DNA from: Faecousia sp.
GTDB lineage: Bacteria > Bacillota > Clostridia > Oscillospirales > Oscillospiraceae
Assembly (NCBI GenBank): GCA_029258495.1
Contig: JARHYV010000130.1
Location: forward strand, 1 to 46,093
DNA: 46,093 nucleotides
Reading direction: 5' to 3'
Below the pieces are notes generated by a model. It was not told the origin of the DNA and ran no database searches. It saw nothing but the letters and a program-made list of their open reading frames with translations. The position numbers and the translations under genes are program-made. Shown piece after piece: positions 1 through 9,007 of the stretch (positions are counted from its first letter, which is position 1; every line of letters begins with the position of its first letter).

Positions 1-30
1 AATACCGGTGCTGATTTTCTTTTGTTCCAT
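1..30 (-). CDS. 5' end of a divergent gene running off the window (MEQKKISTGI...)
   Basis: ATG at 28-30 on the minus strand, preceded by GGGGTGAGG; frame open to the window edge; only 10 codons visible. Confidence 0.35.
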   Translation of the reverse strand, partial: MEQKKISTGI

Positions 31-166
31 CCTCACCCCATATCTTGGTACCGCCAGGCGGGCTTTTGCTGAGGGGCGGGCTCCGGAAAAGTCCGGATGC
101 CGCGAAATTGCCACTGCACTATGCAAAATATACAAACATTACGCTGTTTTTCGGGAAATTTGTCAA

Positions 167-195
167 TTTACAAAACTACGCAAACTCTGTATAAT
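167..195 (+). promoter_or_regulatory. sigma-A promoter for the LacI operon
   Basis: TTTACA (167-172), 17-nt spacer, TATAAT (190-195). Confidence 0.7.
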
Positions 196-293
196 TCCAT
201 ACACAAAATTTGAGGAAACATTTGCGTAAAATTTTTCGTAAAACATTTAAGCAATCTTTTACGATGCGCAGATGTTCAAATGAGGTGTAACAA

Positions 294-1364
294 ATGGCAG
301 ATAAAGTCACCCTGAAGCAAATCGCCGAACAGGCCGGTGTGTCCCTGACAACGGTACACCGTGTGCTCAACAACAAGGAGGGCTGCAGCGAGGCTCTGAA
401 GGAGAAAATCCTTGCCATCGCCAAGGAACAGGGCTACACAGTCAATCTGGCAGCGGCATCTCTGCGCAAGCAGACCACCCACATTGCACTGCTGTTTCCC
501 CTGCGGGTGAAGGAGGCACAGTATTTCCGCGATCGGATCTTGGACGGGTATTTTCAGTTCCGGAATGAAGTTTCCCAGTTCAATGTCATGTTCCACGAAT
601 ACTATGTCCCCGGCACGGATATGGAAACCTTCAACGACAACACCCTGAGCACTCTGAAAAACATCTACCGGGATCGTCCGGTGCATTTTGACGGAGTGGT
701 GGTCTATGGTCTTGTGCTGGACGAGGCATCCGAAACCATCGTCAACCGGATCATCGGCAGCGGCACACGGGTCATCGTGGTGGAGAGCTGTCCAAAGAGC
801 CTGTCCGACATCTGCAATGTCACGGAAAACGAAGAGCTTGCCGGAAAAATGGCAGGTGAGATGCTTGCAAAGGCGGTGCATCGCCCGGGCAAGGTGGTGA
901 TCCTCAGTCAGGACACTCCCGGCGGCGAAATCAACACCGACGCATGCATGCAGACCCTTGCCGAGCTGTGCCCCCAGCATCAGGTCATCAACCAGCTGCT
1001 GGCATGGGACATCAAGCAGAACAGCAGCATCTTCGCCGAGATCCTTGCCATGCCGGATCTGGTGGGCATCTACAGCACCTGCGCCCGCCACACCAAGTCC
1101 ATGGTTCGGGCACTGAACCGCACCGGCATCCGTCCGGATGCCGTCATCGGCAGCGAGCTGTTCGAGGAGAGCTATCAGGCATTGCAAAACCGCACCATGG
1201 ACGCAGTCATCGACAAATGCCCTGCGCTCATCGGCTACAAGGCTGCACAGATGATCTTCAACGATCTGATTAAGGGTGAAAAACTGCCAAAGGAGCACAA
1301 GGTCACACCGCGCATCATCCTGCGCTGCAACAGTGACCTGTACTACGAAACACAGGAAGATTAA
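294..1364 (+). CDS. LacI-family transcriptional regulator
   Basis: N-terminal LacI HTH (VTLKQIAEQAGVSLTTVHRVLN), hinge YTVNLAAASL, sugar-binding-type C-domain; RBS GAGGTG. Confidence 0.95.
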   Translation: MADKVTLKQIAEQAGVSLTTVHRVLNNKEGCSEALKEKILAIAKEQGYTVNLAAASLRKQTTHIALLFPLRVKEAQYFRDRILDGYFQFRNEVSQFNVMFHEYYVPGTDMETFNDNTLSTLKNIYRDRPVHFDGVVVYGLVLDEASETIVNRIIGSGTRVIVVESCPKSLSDICNVTENEELAGKMAGEMLAKAVHRPGKVVILSQDTPGGEINTDACMQTLAELCPQHQVINQLLAWDIKQNSSIFAEILAMPDLVGIYSTCARHTKSMVRALNRTGIRPDAVIGSELFEESYQALQNRTMDAVIDKCPALIGYKAAQMIFNDLIKGEKLPKEHKVTPRIILRCNSDLYYETQED

Positions 1365-1397
1365 CAAAAAAGAAGAGAAACAAGGAGTGTAGAGATC

Positions 1398-2855
1398 ATG
1401 GCAAACACTGTCAAGCTCAACGAACAGTACGCCCACAATGTCCAAAACGCCCCTGCCTTCGGCATGAAGGACAAAATCGGATACATGCTGGGTGACTGGG
1501 GTTTCAACAGCCTTCAGGTCATCGTCAACAGCTATCTGATGCTGTTCTGCGTCAATGTCATGGGGATCAAGGCGACCCATTTCGCCACCATCGTATTCCT
1601 ATGCAAGGCACTCGATGCGCTGAACGATACCTTCATCGGGCGCACCGTAGATAACCGTCCCGCCACAAAATACGGCAAAATGAAACCGTATCTGAAATGG
1701 TTCGCCATTCCGTACATGCTGTTCACCATGGTACTGTTCGTGAATGTCACCGCAATGCCCTATGCCCTGCGGATCGCATGGGTTCTGGTGATCTACTTCA
1801 TCTGGGGTATCGTGGGCACCTTTATCAATGTTCCCTACGGCGCCATGTCCAACATCATCACCACCGACCAGATGCAGCGCACCGAGCTTTCCAACTTCCG
1901 CTCCATCGGCAGCTTTTTGGGCATGATCATTCCCACCACACTGGCTCCCATGCTGCTGTTCGATCAGAATGAGGATCCCATCGCAAGCCGTTTCATCCTG
2001 CTCAGCCTGATCATGGGCACCTTCTGCGTGGTATGCCTGTTCCTGTCCCACAAGCTCATCAGCGAGCGCGTTCTGGTGACTCCCGACAGCAACATCTCCG
2101 CAGGCGGCGAAAAGATCAACTACCTTCAGGTCGCCAAGGGTTTCCTGAAGAACCGCATCATGATCGCCGTGGTTCTGGCATATGTGTTCTCCAAGCTGTT
2201 CATCCAGCCCGTTGCCATGATCAATCAGTATGTGTTCATGGTCTATTTCCAGGATACCTCCATGCTGTCCTGGGCATCCCTGAGCACCATGGTGCCTCTG
2301 GTTCTGGGCATGCTGCTGGTCAAACCTCTGGTCAAGCGGTTCGGCAAGAAGAACCTGGTCACATGGCCCTCTCTGATTGCTGCCGGCTGCTATGCCGTGA
2401 CTGCATTTGCTCCTATGACTCCCACCTCTTGGGTTCTGGTACAGCTGGGTGCATCCTGCTTTACCACCTCCACCACACTGCTTTTGTGGTCTTTGATCGC
2501 CGATGCCGTTGACTATCAGGCATACATCACCGGTCAGCGCAACGACGGCACCGTATACGCAACCATCACCTTCTTGGTATTCTTCGCCGCATCCGCATCC
2601 ACCTCCATCATCGCTCTGGTTCTGGAGGCTCTGGGCTACGACGCAACCCTCGGCTCCATGGGTCAGCTGCCCGGCGTTGCCGAACGGCTGAAGCTCTTCG
2701 GCGGTCTGTGGCCCACCGTTGGCTGCATCCTGGTGTTCATCTGCTACAAGATCATCTACAACCTGTCGGATGAGGAAATGAGCAAGATCAGCCAGAAGGT
2801 CTTGCAGATGGGCAAGGAAAAGGAAGCCGCTGCACTGAAAGAACTGGATAAGTGA
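1398..2855 (+). CDS. MFS glycoside-pentoside-hexuronide (GPH/MelB-like) cation symporter
   Basis: KDKIGYMLGD, DALND..IG..D, PYGAM, IADAVDY motifs; about 12 hydrophobic segments; RBS AAGGAG. Confidence 0.92.
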   Translation: MANTVKLNEQYAHNVQNAPAFGMKDKIGYMLGDWGFNSLQVIVNSYLMLFCVNVMGIKATHFATIVFLCKALDALNDTFIGRTVDNRPATKYGKMKPYLKWFAIPYMLFTMVLFVNVTAMPYALRIAWVLVIYFIWGIVGTFINVPYGAMSNIITTDQMQRTELSNFRSIGSFLGMIIPTTLAPMLLFDQNEDPIASRFILLSLIMGTFCVVCLFLSHKLISERVLVTPDSNISAGGEKINYLQVAKGFLKNRIMIAVVLAYVFSKLFIQPVAMINQYVFMVYFQDTSMLSWASLSTMVPLVLGMLLVKPLVKRFGKKNLVTWPSLIAAGCYAVTAFAPMTPTSWVLVQLGASCFTTSTTLLLWSLIADAVDYQAYITGQRNDGTVYATITFLVFFAASASTSIIALVLEALGYDATLGSMGQLPGVAERLKLFGGLWPTVGCILVFICYKIIYNLSDEEMSKISQKVLQMGKEKEAAALKELDK

Positions 2856-2898
2856 GCCGAAAGACGCTCATATCGTCCCCAAGGAGTATGAATTACAC

Positions 2899-3753
2899 AT
2901 GCTAAAACACGAAGTTACACAGATCGCACCCCACACCTGGTGCATCAGTGAGTTCCGTCTGGTCAATGCCTTTCTGGTGGAAGGCCGGGACAAGGCGGCA
3001 CTGATCGATACCGGCTGCGGCATCGGCGATCTGGCACAGATCGTCCGGGAATTGACCGACAAGCCCCTTATGGTGCTGCTCACCCACGGACATTTCGACC
3101 ACAACGGCGGCATCTTCCAATTCCCCGGCTGCCCCGTCTATCAGCATCCTGCCGATGCCCATCAGCAGGAGCAGACCATGAAGACCGTGGAAAAGCTCAC
3201 CGGCACACGGGATGAAAACAAGCTCCGCGCCTACTACATCACAAGCCGCGCTCCTATTCGCTGCCCGGATCTGGATGTAAACGAGCTGCTTTCTCTGGTT
3301 CCCACGGAGATGACCCCGGAGGATTACCACTGGCTGCCCATGGAGGACGGCACGGAATTTGATCTGGGCGGACGGATCCTTCGGGTGATCCACACCCCCG
3401 GCCATACCGACGGTGAGGTGTGCATTCTGGACAAGACCAGCCGCACCCTGTTCAGCGGCGACACCGCAAATGTGGGCATCATCCTCATGCGTCAGCCCAA
3501 CAATGATCCTTCCCTGATCCGGACATGCCGCCAGACCATGGCAAAGCTGTGGGCGCTGGAGGCAGACTATGACAAGCTTGGGGTCGGCCACGATGCCGTC
3601 ACCATCGACAAGCAGATCATAAAGGATTATCTGGATCTCACCACCGGACTGCTGGACGGCAGCATCGTGGGAAACTACGAGGAAGTGGGTTTCCGCAAGG
3701 GCGATGTGGCCCGCCTTGGGATGGCAGAGCTCTGGTATCAGTGCGATGCCTGA
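2899..3753 (+). CDS. Metallo-beta-lactamase-fold hydrolase (glyoxalase II/lactonase-like)
   Basis: LIDTG, THGHFDH (HxHxDH), TPGHT, FSGD, GH motifs; no signal peptide. Confidence 0.9.
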   Translation: MLKHEVTQIAPHTWCISEFRLVNAFLVEGRDKAALIDTGCGIGDLAQIVRELTDKPLMVLLTHGHFDHNGGIFQFPGCPVYQHPADAHQQEQTMKTVEKLTGTRDENKLRAYYITSRAPIRCPDLDVNELLSLVPTEMTPEDYHWLPMEDGTEFDLGGRILRVIHTPGHTDGEVCILDKTSRTLFSGDTANVGIILMRQPNNDPSLIRTCRQTMAKLWALEADYDKLGVGHDAVTIDKQIIKDYLDLTTGLLDGSIVGNYEEVGFRKGDVARLGMAELWYQCDA

Positions 3754-3780
3754 TCCGGTTTTTCGTTCCTCTCTATAAAC

Positions 3781-3826
3781 AAAACGCTTACCCCTGTGAA
3801 TTCAGGCGGTAAGCGTTTTGCTTTTA
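3781..3826. terminator. Bidirectional rho-independent terminator
   Basis: AAAACGCTTACC-CCTG...CAGG-CGGTAAGCGTTTT between convergent genes. Confidence 0.8.
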
Positions 3827-3836
3827 TAAACCGGGA

Positions 3837-4418
3837 CTATAAGAACAGATAGATCAGTCCTGCAGCCATCACTACAATCAGCAGGACGAATATGCACAGT
3901 ATGGCAACGGTGGTCTTTACCAGATGCCGCTCCTTCAAAGTCAGGATCATCATGGAGATCACATCCGCCACAAAGAAGAATTGGCAGATGCCGCACAGGA
4001 TGCAGACAGCCTTGGAATGGACGCCCTCCTTGCGGCTCTTGGCAAGATAGGCGATGGCATAGGGGGTCGTGCCCACAAACACCCCATAGCCGAATGCTGC
4101 CAGCACCACCACAACGATCCCAAAGAAGATCATCAGCGGCAGCGGGAACACAGAGGCAATGAATGCCATGGCAATGGTTTCGCCGCCAACCAGATAAAAG
4201 GGGATCAGCCCGTATTTGAGGATCAGGCTGGCATTGAGCAGCGTCTTCCTGTCCCATTTCCTGCCCACCGCCAGAACGGTGATCAGTTCCACAAGCCCCA
4301 TGACGATGGGGAAGAGGAAACACAGCCCCTGCATCACCAAGCTATCGTGAAATCGGAGAAACAGCAGGGAAAACACATAGGTGAGCACCACATGCAGGAT
4401 CGGCAGAACATATGCCAT
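3837..4418 (-). CDS. Hypothetical integral membrane protein (about 193 aa)
   Basis: Several hydrophobic helices; start moved to ATG 4418 after RBS GAAAGGAG; own promoter-like TGATATAAT near 4519-4527. Confidence 0.75.
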   Translation of the reverse strand: MAYVLPILHVVLTYVFSLLFLRFHDSLVMQGLCFLFPIVMGLVELITVLAVGRKWDRKTLLNASLILKYGLIPFYLVGGETIAMAFIASVFPLPLMIFFGIVVVVLAAFGYGVFVGTTPYAIAYLAKSRKEGVHSKAVCILCGICQFFFVADVISMMILTLKERHLVKTTVAILCIFVLLIVVMAAGLIYLFL

Positions 4419-4547
4419 CGGGCATTCTCCTTTCATTTATCTGTATCGTCGAGCCCTCTTGTCCGTCTTAGCAGGTCATGTCCGCATATAACGCACATCT
4501 GTCCTGCTTTGTGGAGTCATTATATCAGATCTCTCTGCCGATGTCAC

Positions 4548-5189
4548 CTATTTCCTGGAAGTTTTCCGATTTGTTTGTCTGAGCATCAGAGAACCTGCCG
4601 AGCCTGCGCCCACCATCAGCAGGATCAGACTGCCGATCCCACGGCTGCAATCGGCTGTATCCGGTATATGAGAGCCGTCAGGGATCTCCTCTGCCTGAAA
4701 TTGCCAGTCCAAGCTGCCTGACGCCTGCTGAAATTCATTGCCCATGGTGATAGGCACCTGCAGGGTCAGATCCAGGATCGCCTCTGCTCCGGGATAAAAT
4801 GTCCCCAGATATGCCCAATCCGTCAGCTGTGCCGGTTCATCCGCCGGCGCATCAAACAGCAGCTGCTGTGTATGAGCCGTCACCGTCAGCTCCAACTGAT
4901 GCAGGAAATCCGCGCCCTCAGCCTGAGCTCCCAGAGAACGGAGATACAGCTTTACGGGGTTCGTCCCATGATTGCAGATACGGATCTGCTGGGTCAGGCT
5001 GTCGCCGGGCATCACCTCCTTGAACCCATCAAACAGATCCGTGGGGGACTGATCGCTGCCGGGGCTGAATACAAACGCATCGCTGTGCCCCTGATATTCC
5101 ACCGTGCCATGGGCATGCGCTGTCACCGCAGCACCCAGCACCACCAGTACGGCAGTCACTCCGGCGAGATATCTCCGAAAAATGCCCAT
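4548..5189 (-). CDS. TasA/camelysin-like protein with Sec signal and C-terminal sortase-B-type sorting signal (putative pilus anchor)
   Basis: Signal peptide ending AHA; FKEVMPGDSLTQQIRICNHG resembles the PG..I.V.N.G motif of the neighbours; IPDTAD + hydrophobic helix + RKTSRK tail; TGATG overlap with upstream stop. Confidence 0.75.
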   Translation of the reverse strand: MGIFRRYLAGVTAVLVVLGAAVTAHAHGTVEYQGHSDAFVFSPGSDQSPTDLFDGFKEVMPGDSLTQQIRICNHGTNPVKLYLRSLGAQAEGADFLHQLELTVTAHTQQLLFDAPADEPAQLTDWAYLGTFYPGAEAILDLTLQVPITMGNEFQQASGSLDWQFQAEEIPDGSHIPDTADCSRGIGSLILLMVGAGSAGSLMLRQTNRKTSRK

Positions 5190-5791
5190 CAGCACAAGCC
5201 TCCTTCCCGGATCTGCTGCGGATCGATGCCCCATGCATCTGCCACTGCCGCGATCCCCGAGGCTGTAAGCCCCTGCGCCTGAATTGCCTCAGCAGCCACC
5301 TCGATCACCTGTCTGCCGCCGTCCGGATCCGTGTAGAAGGCAAGTGGGATCCCTTCCGCGCCGATCAACGGCGATTCCGGCTGTTTTCCCGGCTCCACCG
5401 GATATTTGTAGTAATAGCAGTTCCCCTGCGCAAACCAATCCTTTCCCAGAGGGAACGCTGCCACGGGCGCACTGCCCCCGATCCGCTCATCTGCTCCATT
5501 TACACGATAGCTTATAAGCTTTACCCGTATATAGGCCGGGGTGCTGCCTGTATTGGTCACATTCACATCGCGCTTGACGCTGCCGTCAAAACATTCATCC
5601 ACCCGGCAGTCCACCCGTGCAGGCATCAAAACATTCAACAATGGGTCGGATGCCGTTTGGAGCCACGCCGCCGTCGTACCGACAGCGATCCCCACTGCCG
5701 CACATACGGATGCCGCTGCCGCAGTGATCCTGTACCGGACAGTGCGTTTTCTGCTCCGGATACTCCGGTGCCAGTCATACTGACCGTCCAT
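5189..5791 (-). CDS. SipW-dependent signal peptide protein, TasA/BsaA-like subunit 3
   Basis: GTTAA|WLQTASDPLLNVL SipW-class motif; VNVTNTGSTPAYIRV, YYY..PVEPG, AEAIQ..AW shared with paralogs. Confidence 0.85.
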   Translation of the reverse strand: MDGQYDWHRSIRSRKRTVRYRITAAAASVCAAVGIAVGTTAAWLQTASDPLLNVLMPARVDCRVDECFDGSVKRDVNVTNTGSTPAYIRVKLISYRVNGADERIGGSAPVAAFPLGKDWFAQGNCYYYKYPVEPGKQPESPLIGAEGIPLAFYTDPDGGRQVIEVAAEAIQAQGLTASGIAAVADAWGIDPQQIREGGLC

Positions 5792-5809
5792 CGCAACCGC
5801 CTCCTTTCC

Positions 5810-8800
5810 TTATGGATGCCCTTTGGGCAGCCGAGCAACATTCTGTACCACATCGCTGAACCCGTTGAGCCAGGATGTCCTCCTGCCGGAATTAACGCAG
5901 GTGATGCACCCCCGGGGATGGCCGCTGTCAAGACAGACCCCTGTACCGATGCGGATATCCGTATACCGCCATGCCCACTTCGCATCCTCCTGAATGGTAT
6001 ATTGCCCCACCGGAAGTTCATAGATCACAGCTTGATCGCTGCCGATGATCGTCAGTTCCGTATACGGCTCGCCATCCTTGCAGACCGTAAAGACATAGGG
6101 TTCTCCTGCTTTGCCTCCCTGTTTCTCAATGGTCAGGCAGCAGGTCTGAACATGCAGCAGGAAGGTTCCCTCCTCTGCGTGAAAACCGCAGTCCGGCTCA
6201 CAGGGCTTGTGGAGGAAATGCACATATTCCCCGATCTGCTGACCGGACAGCTGCACATCCACCTGAACCGGAATATCCGCCTTTGTCTGCACGATGCCGT
6301 CCTGCGTCCCTGCACCGAGCCGGTAGCTCAGCTCCAGCTGAGGCGGTATCCCCTGCATGGTCACATCCTGATCCAAGCTCTCACCATGCCTCCACACCGT
6401 ATCCAGATGGTTGGCATCAAAGCCATCCGGCACAGGCGCGCCATAGAAAACGCTGCTGTCCCGAAAGGTAAGCTCCGGCAGAAAAACTCGGATCTTCCCG
6501 GTGCCCGTTCCGATTTTTTGTACAGCCGAACCTGCTGATTTGGGAGTGATCCGGGCTGAAACCGTATAGGTCTGATCTTGGGTCAGTCCCGTAAGGGCTT
6601 GCCCCTTGCAGATGGTCACCTCGGCATAGGCCGTCTGCCACGGCTCAAGCTCCTTCAGCAGATCCACACCGCCTGCATGGATCGTCACTCCCTGCATCAA
6701 TGCGTCTTGGGATGCATCAGCCAGCAGGTAGAAATTGTGATCCTTGGTCTGAACCGTGATATCCGGGATGGGCAGATCCACGCTGGGGATCTCGAAATGC
6801 GCGACCGGCCCGTCCTTGGTATATAAGCCGGACTCTGCCCCATTGGTGGGCACACCGTTACCGCCCAGAAACCCCTGACGCATCTGGATGGGAATGGTAA
6901 CCACCAGCTTTCTGCCCCTGTACACGGTATGTCCCTGTTCTGTTACTGTGCCGACCCAGTTTTCCGAATAGTCAAAATCCGTCACGGTTATGGTTTTTCC
7001 GTCCGGAGATATCTGCACATCGGCCGCAAATTCCTCCGGCTGTGCAAAGCTGTCATCGCCAATGTAATCGGCTGTGCTGACCCGGATATCCCGTTGGTCT
7101 GCTCCCTCAGGCAGCCGGAAGGCATCCCCGATCACATCTGCCAGAACGGTTTGCTTTCCCAGCTCTATGGCACTTCCTCCGATCTGGATCTGATCCGAGA
7201 TCGTCTGGAAGATGTTGTTCAGCGCATGGGCATCCGCTGCCGAAAGGTAATAGCTCGGCTCCTGAACCACCCCATTGTTGCCGGATATATTCTGCATGAA
7301 CCAGTTGCTTTTTTCCGTTGTGGAACCATATTCTGATCCGGCTGAGGCAGCATCGGCCCCCTCAAAGATCCCCACGGAATACACCGATGCACCATAGGTA
7401 TCCTTTGTTGCCTGCGCCGCACGGATCGCCGACTCCGCAACCGTTTCATCGTATCCGGAGGCTCCGGGCTGTCCGTCTGTAAAGACGATCATCACCCGGT
7501 TCCGTTTCTGTCCGACGGGTACCGGATTGTTCTGCCAGATCCTGTTTGCCAGCTCCACACCCAGATCCACATAGGTCGCACCTTTTGCCTCAAGACTCCG
7601 GATCGAGCTTTGGATCTGCATCAGACCATCGGGATCCTTCATATCCTGAAATGCCTCTGCACATACCGCATCCGTCACCGTATCATACCGATGCTGCACA
7701 TCTCCTACGAGGATCTCGGTATTTCGGTACATGCCGGAGGAGCTGTCCCGTGCGGATGCAAAGCCCACCATCGCGATCCGATGATCCACATCATCCGCCG
7801 TACCTGCTACTGCATCTGCGCCTCTGGCTTTCTCGGCCACCGCATCCGAAAAACGCGCCACAGCTGTTTTCAGTGCCTCCAAACGACTTGTTGACGATGT
7901 CTGCTCCGCCGTATAAAATGTCCAATCCGGTGCCGGCATATTCTGGGGCACACATACCTCATTCATGGTGCCATCGCTCCGAAGATAGGAGAACCGATAG
8001 CCTTCCACCACCTCTTCCCTGTAAAATGCATCCGAAAAAGCCGGAATATTCCTGCCGCCGAAGTCCCTGCCGAGGCTCCCGCAGGCTTGACATGCATAGC
8101 TGTATTCGCCCAAAAACTGGGTGACAAAGACTGCACCATATGTACCGTCGGCACAGCGATGGAAAAACGCCCCGGATTCGGCGGCATACCTTCGGTTCGT
8201 ATGTCCGGAATACGGCACATAGGTACCGGCAGGCAGTTTTTCCTTCACAGCTGTCACCGGCGCATAGGCTCCGTCCGTCCGCTTGACATACAGATTTTTC
8301 CGCCGACGATACAGCTCTTCCGGTGTGCCGGTGAAGGGTGTGTAGGTGTAGGATGCAAACTCCCGATCCATAGAGCCGGACTGATCCAAAACCAGAATGA
8401 TATCCGTGGGGATCTGGGTCTGCTGATGGATGATGGTCTGTTTTCCCGTGACCCAAGCCTCCAGGGTCAGGGTGTACCGACCGTTTGCATCCGGATGGGA
8501 CACATGCTTTTCAGTCCGGATGCCGCTGTCCGGTTTTTCCGGCATTGCGCGTCCATCTTCCTCTGTATCCCCGATCCCCGTTACAGGCGGCAGGAAGGGC
8601 GCTGCATCCGTCACATTTCGGGATGGATGCAGCACCTCCCGATCCTCCGGCGGTTGTGTTCCCTCCGGCTCCGGCTGATGGGCATCAAATGCCCGTGATG
8701 CCCGCTCAAGCTCCTGCCGCTGCTGCTGGGTCAGTGCCGATGCAAAGGACTCTCGGCTGCTGCCATCCAGCTCCTCCAGCAGTCTGTCAAATTCCTCTGC

Positions 8801-9007
8801 ATCTGCCGCCTGTATCAGTGCCTGATACAGCTGCTGCACCTGCTCCGCAGTCATGCCGGAGGACTCTGTTTCCTCCGAGTGCAGAAGGCCCGTCTGTTCC
8901 GCAGTTGTGCTGACGGAGCCTTCCTCCCCGGCAGCCGCCAGAACGCCATTGCCCATGGACATTGCCAAACTCAGGCACAGCAGGAGCGATATCAGTCTTC
9001 TTGCCAT
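5810..9007 (-). CDS. Large secreted vWA-domain adhesin (1065 aa), tip-pilin-like
   Basis: Sec signal; MIDAS DQSGS...GAT...FTDG; Ig/Cna-like segments; C-terminal LTIEK...LPVGQYTIQE...VN domain; no LPxTG or TM anchor. Confidence 0.85.
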   Translation of the reverse strand: MARRLISLLLCLSLAMSMGNGVLAAAGEEGSVSTTAEQTGLLHSEETESSGMTAEQVQQLYQALIQAADAEEFDRLLEELDGSSRESFASALTQQQRQELERASRAFDAHQPEPEGTQPPEDREVLHPSRNVTDAAPFLPPVTGIGDTEEDGRAMPEKPDSGIRTEKHVSHPDANGRYTLTLEAWVTGKQTIIHQQTQIPTDIILVLDQSGSMDREFASYTYTPFTGTPEELYRRRKNLYVKRTDGAYAPVTAVKEKLPAGTYVPYSGHTNRRYAAESGAFFHRCADGTYGAVFVTQFLGEYSYACQACGSLGRDFGGRNIPAFSDAFYREEVVEGYRFSYLRSDGTMNEVCVPQNMPAPDWTFYTAEQTSSTSRLEALKTAVARFSDAVAEKARGADAVAGTADDVDHRIAMVGFASARDSSSGMYRNTEILVGDVQHRYDTVTDAVCAEAFQDMKDPDGLMQIQSSIRSLEAKGATYVDLGVELANRIWQNNPVPVGQKRNRVMIVFTDGQPGASGYDETVAESAIRAAQATKDTYGASVYSVGIFEGADAASAGSEYGSTTEKSNWFMQNISGNNGVVQEPSYYLSAADAHALNNIFQTISDQIQIGGSAIELGKQTVLADVIGDAFRLPEGADQRDIRVSTADYIGDDSFAQPEEFAADVQISPDGKTITVTDFDYSENWVGTVTEQGHTVYRGRKLVVTIPIQMRQGFLGGNGVPTNGAESGLYTKDGPVAHFEIPSVDLPIPDITVQTKDHNFYLLADASQDALMQGVTIHAGGVDLLKELEPWQTAYAEVTICKGQALTGLTQDQTYTVSARITPKSAGSAVQKIGTGTGKIRVFLPELTFRDSSVFYGAPVPDGFDANHLDTVWRHGESLDQDVTMQGIPPQLELSYRLGAGTQDGIVQTKADIPVQVDVQLSGQQIGEYVHFLHKPCEPDCGFHAEEGTFLLHVQTCCLTIEKQGGKAGEPYVFTVCKDGEPYTELTIIGSDQAVIYELPVGQYTIQEDAKWAWRYTDIRIGTGVCLDSGHPRGCITCVNSGRRTSWLNGFSDVVQNVARLPKGHP

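Noticed and set aside
2899-3753. Metallo-beta-lactamase resistance gene
   Set aside because: No signal peptide, has the bridging Asp (SGD) of glyoxalase/lactonase-type enzymes, and lies in a sugar-uptake context
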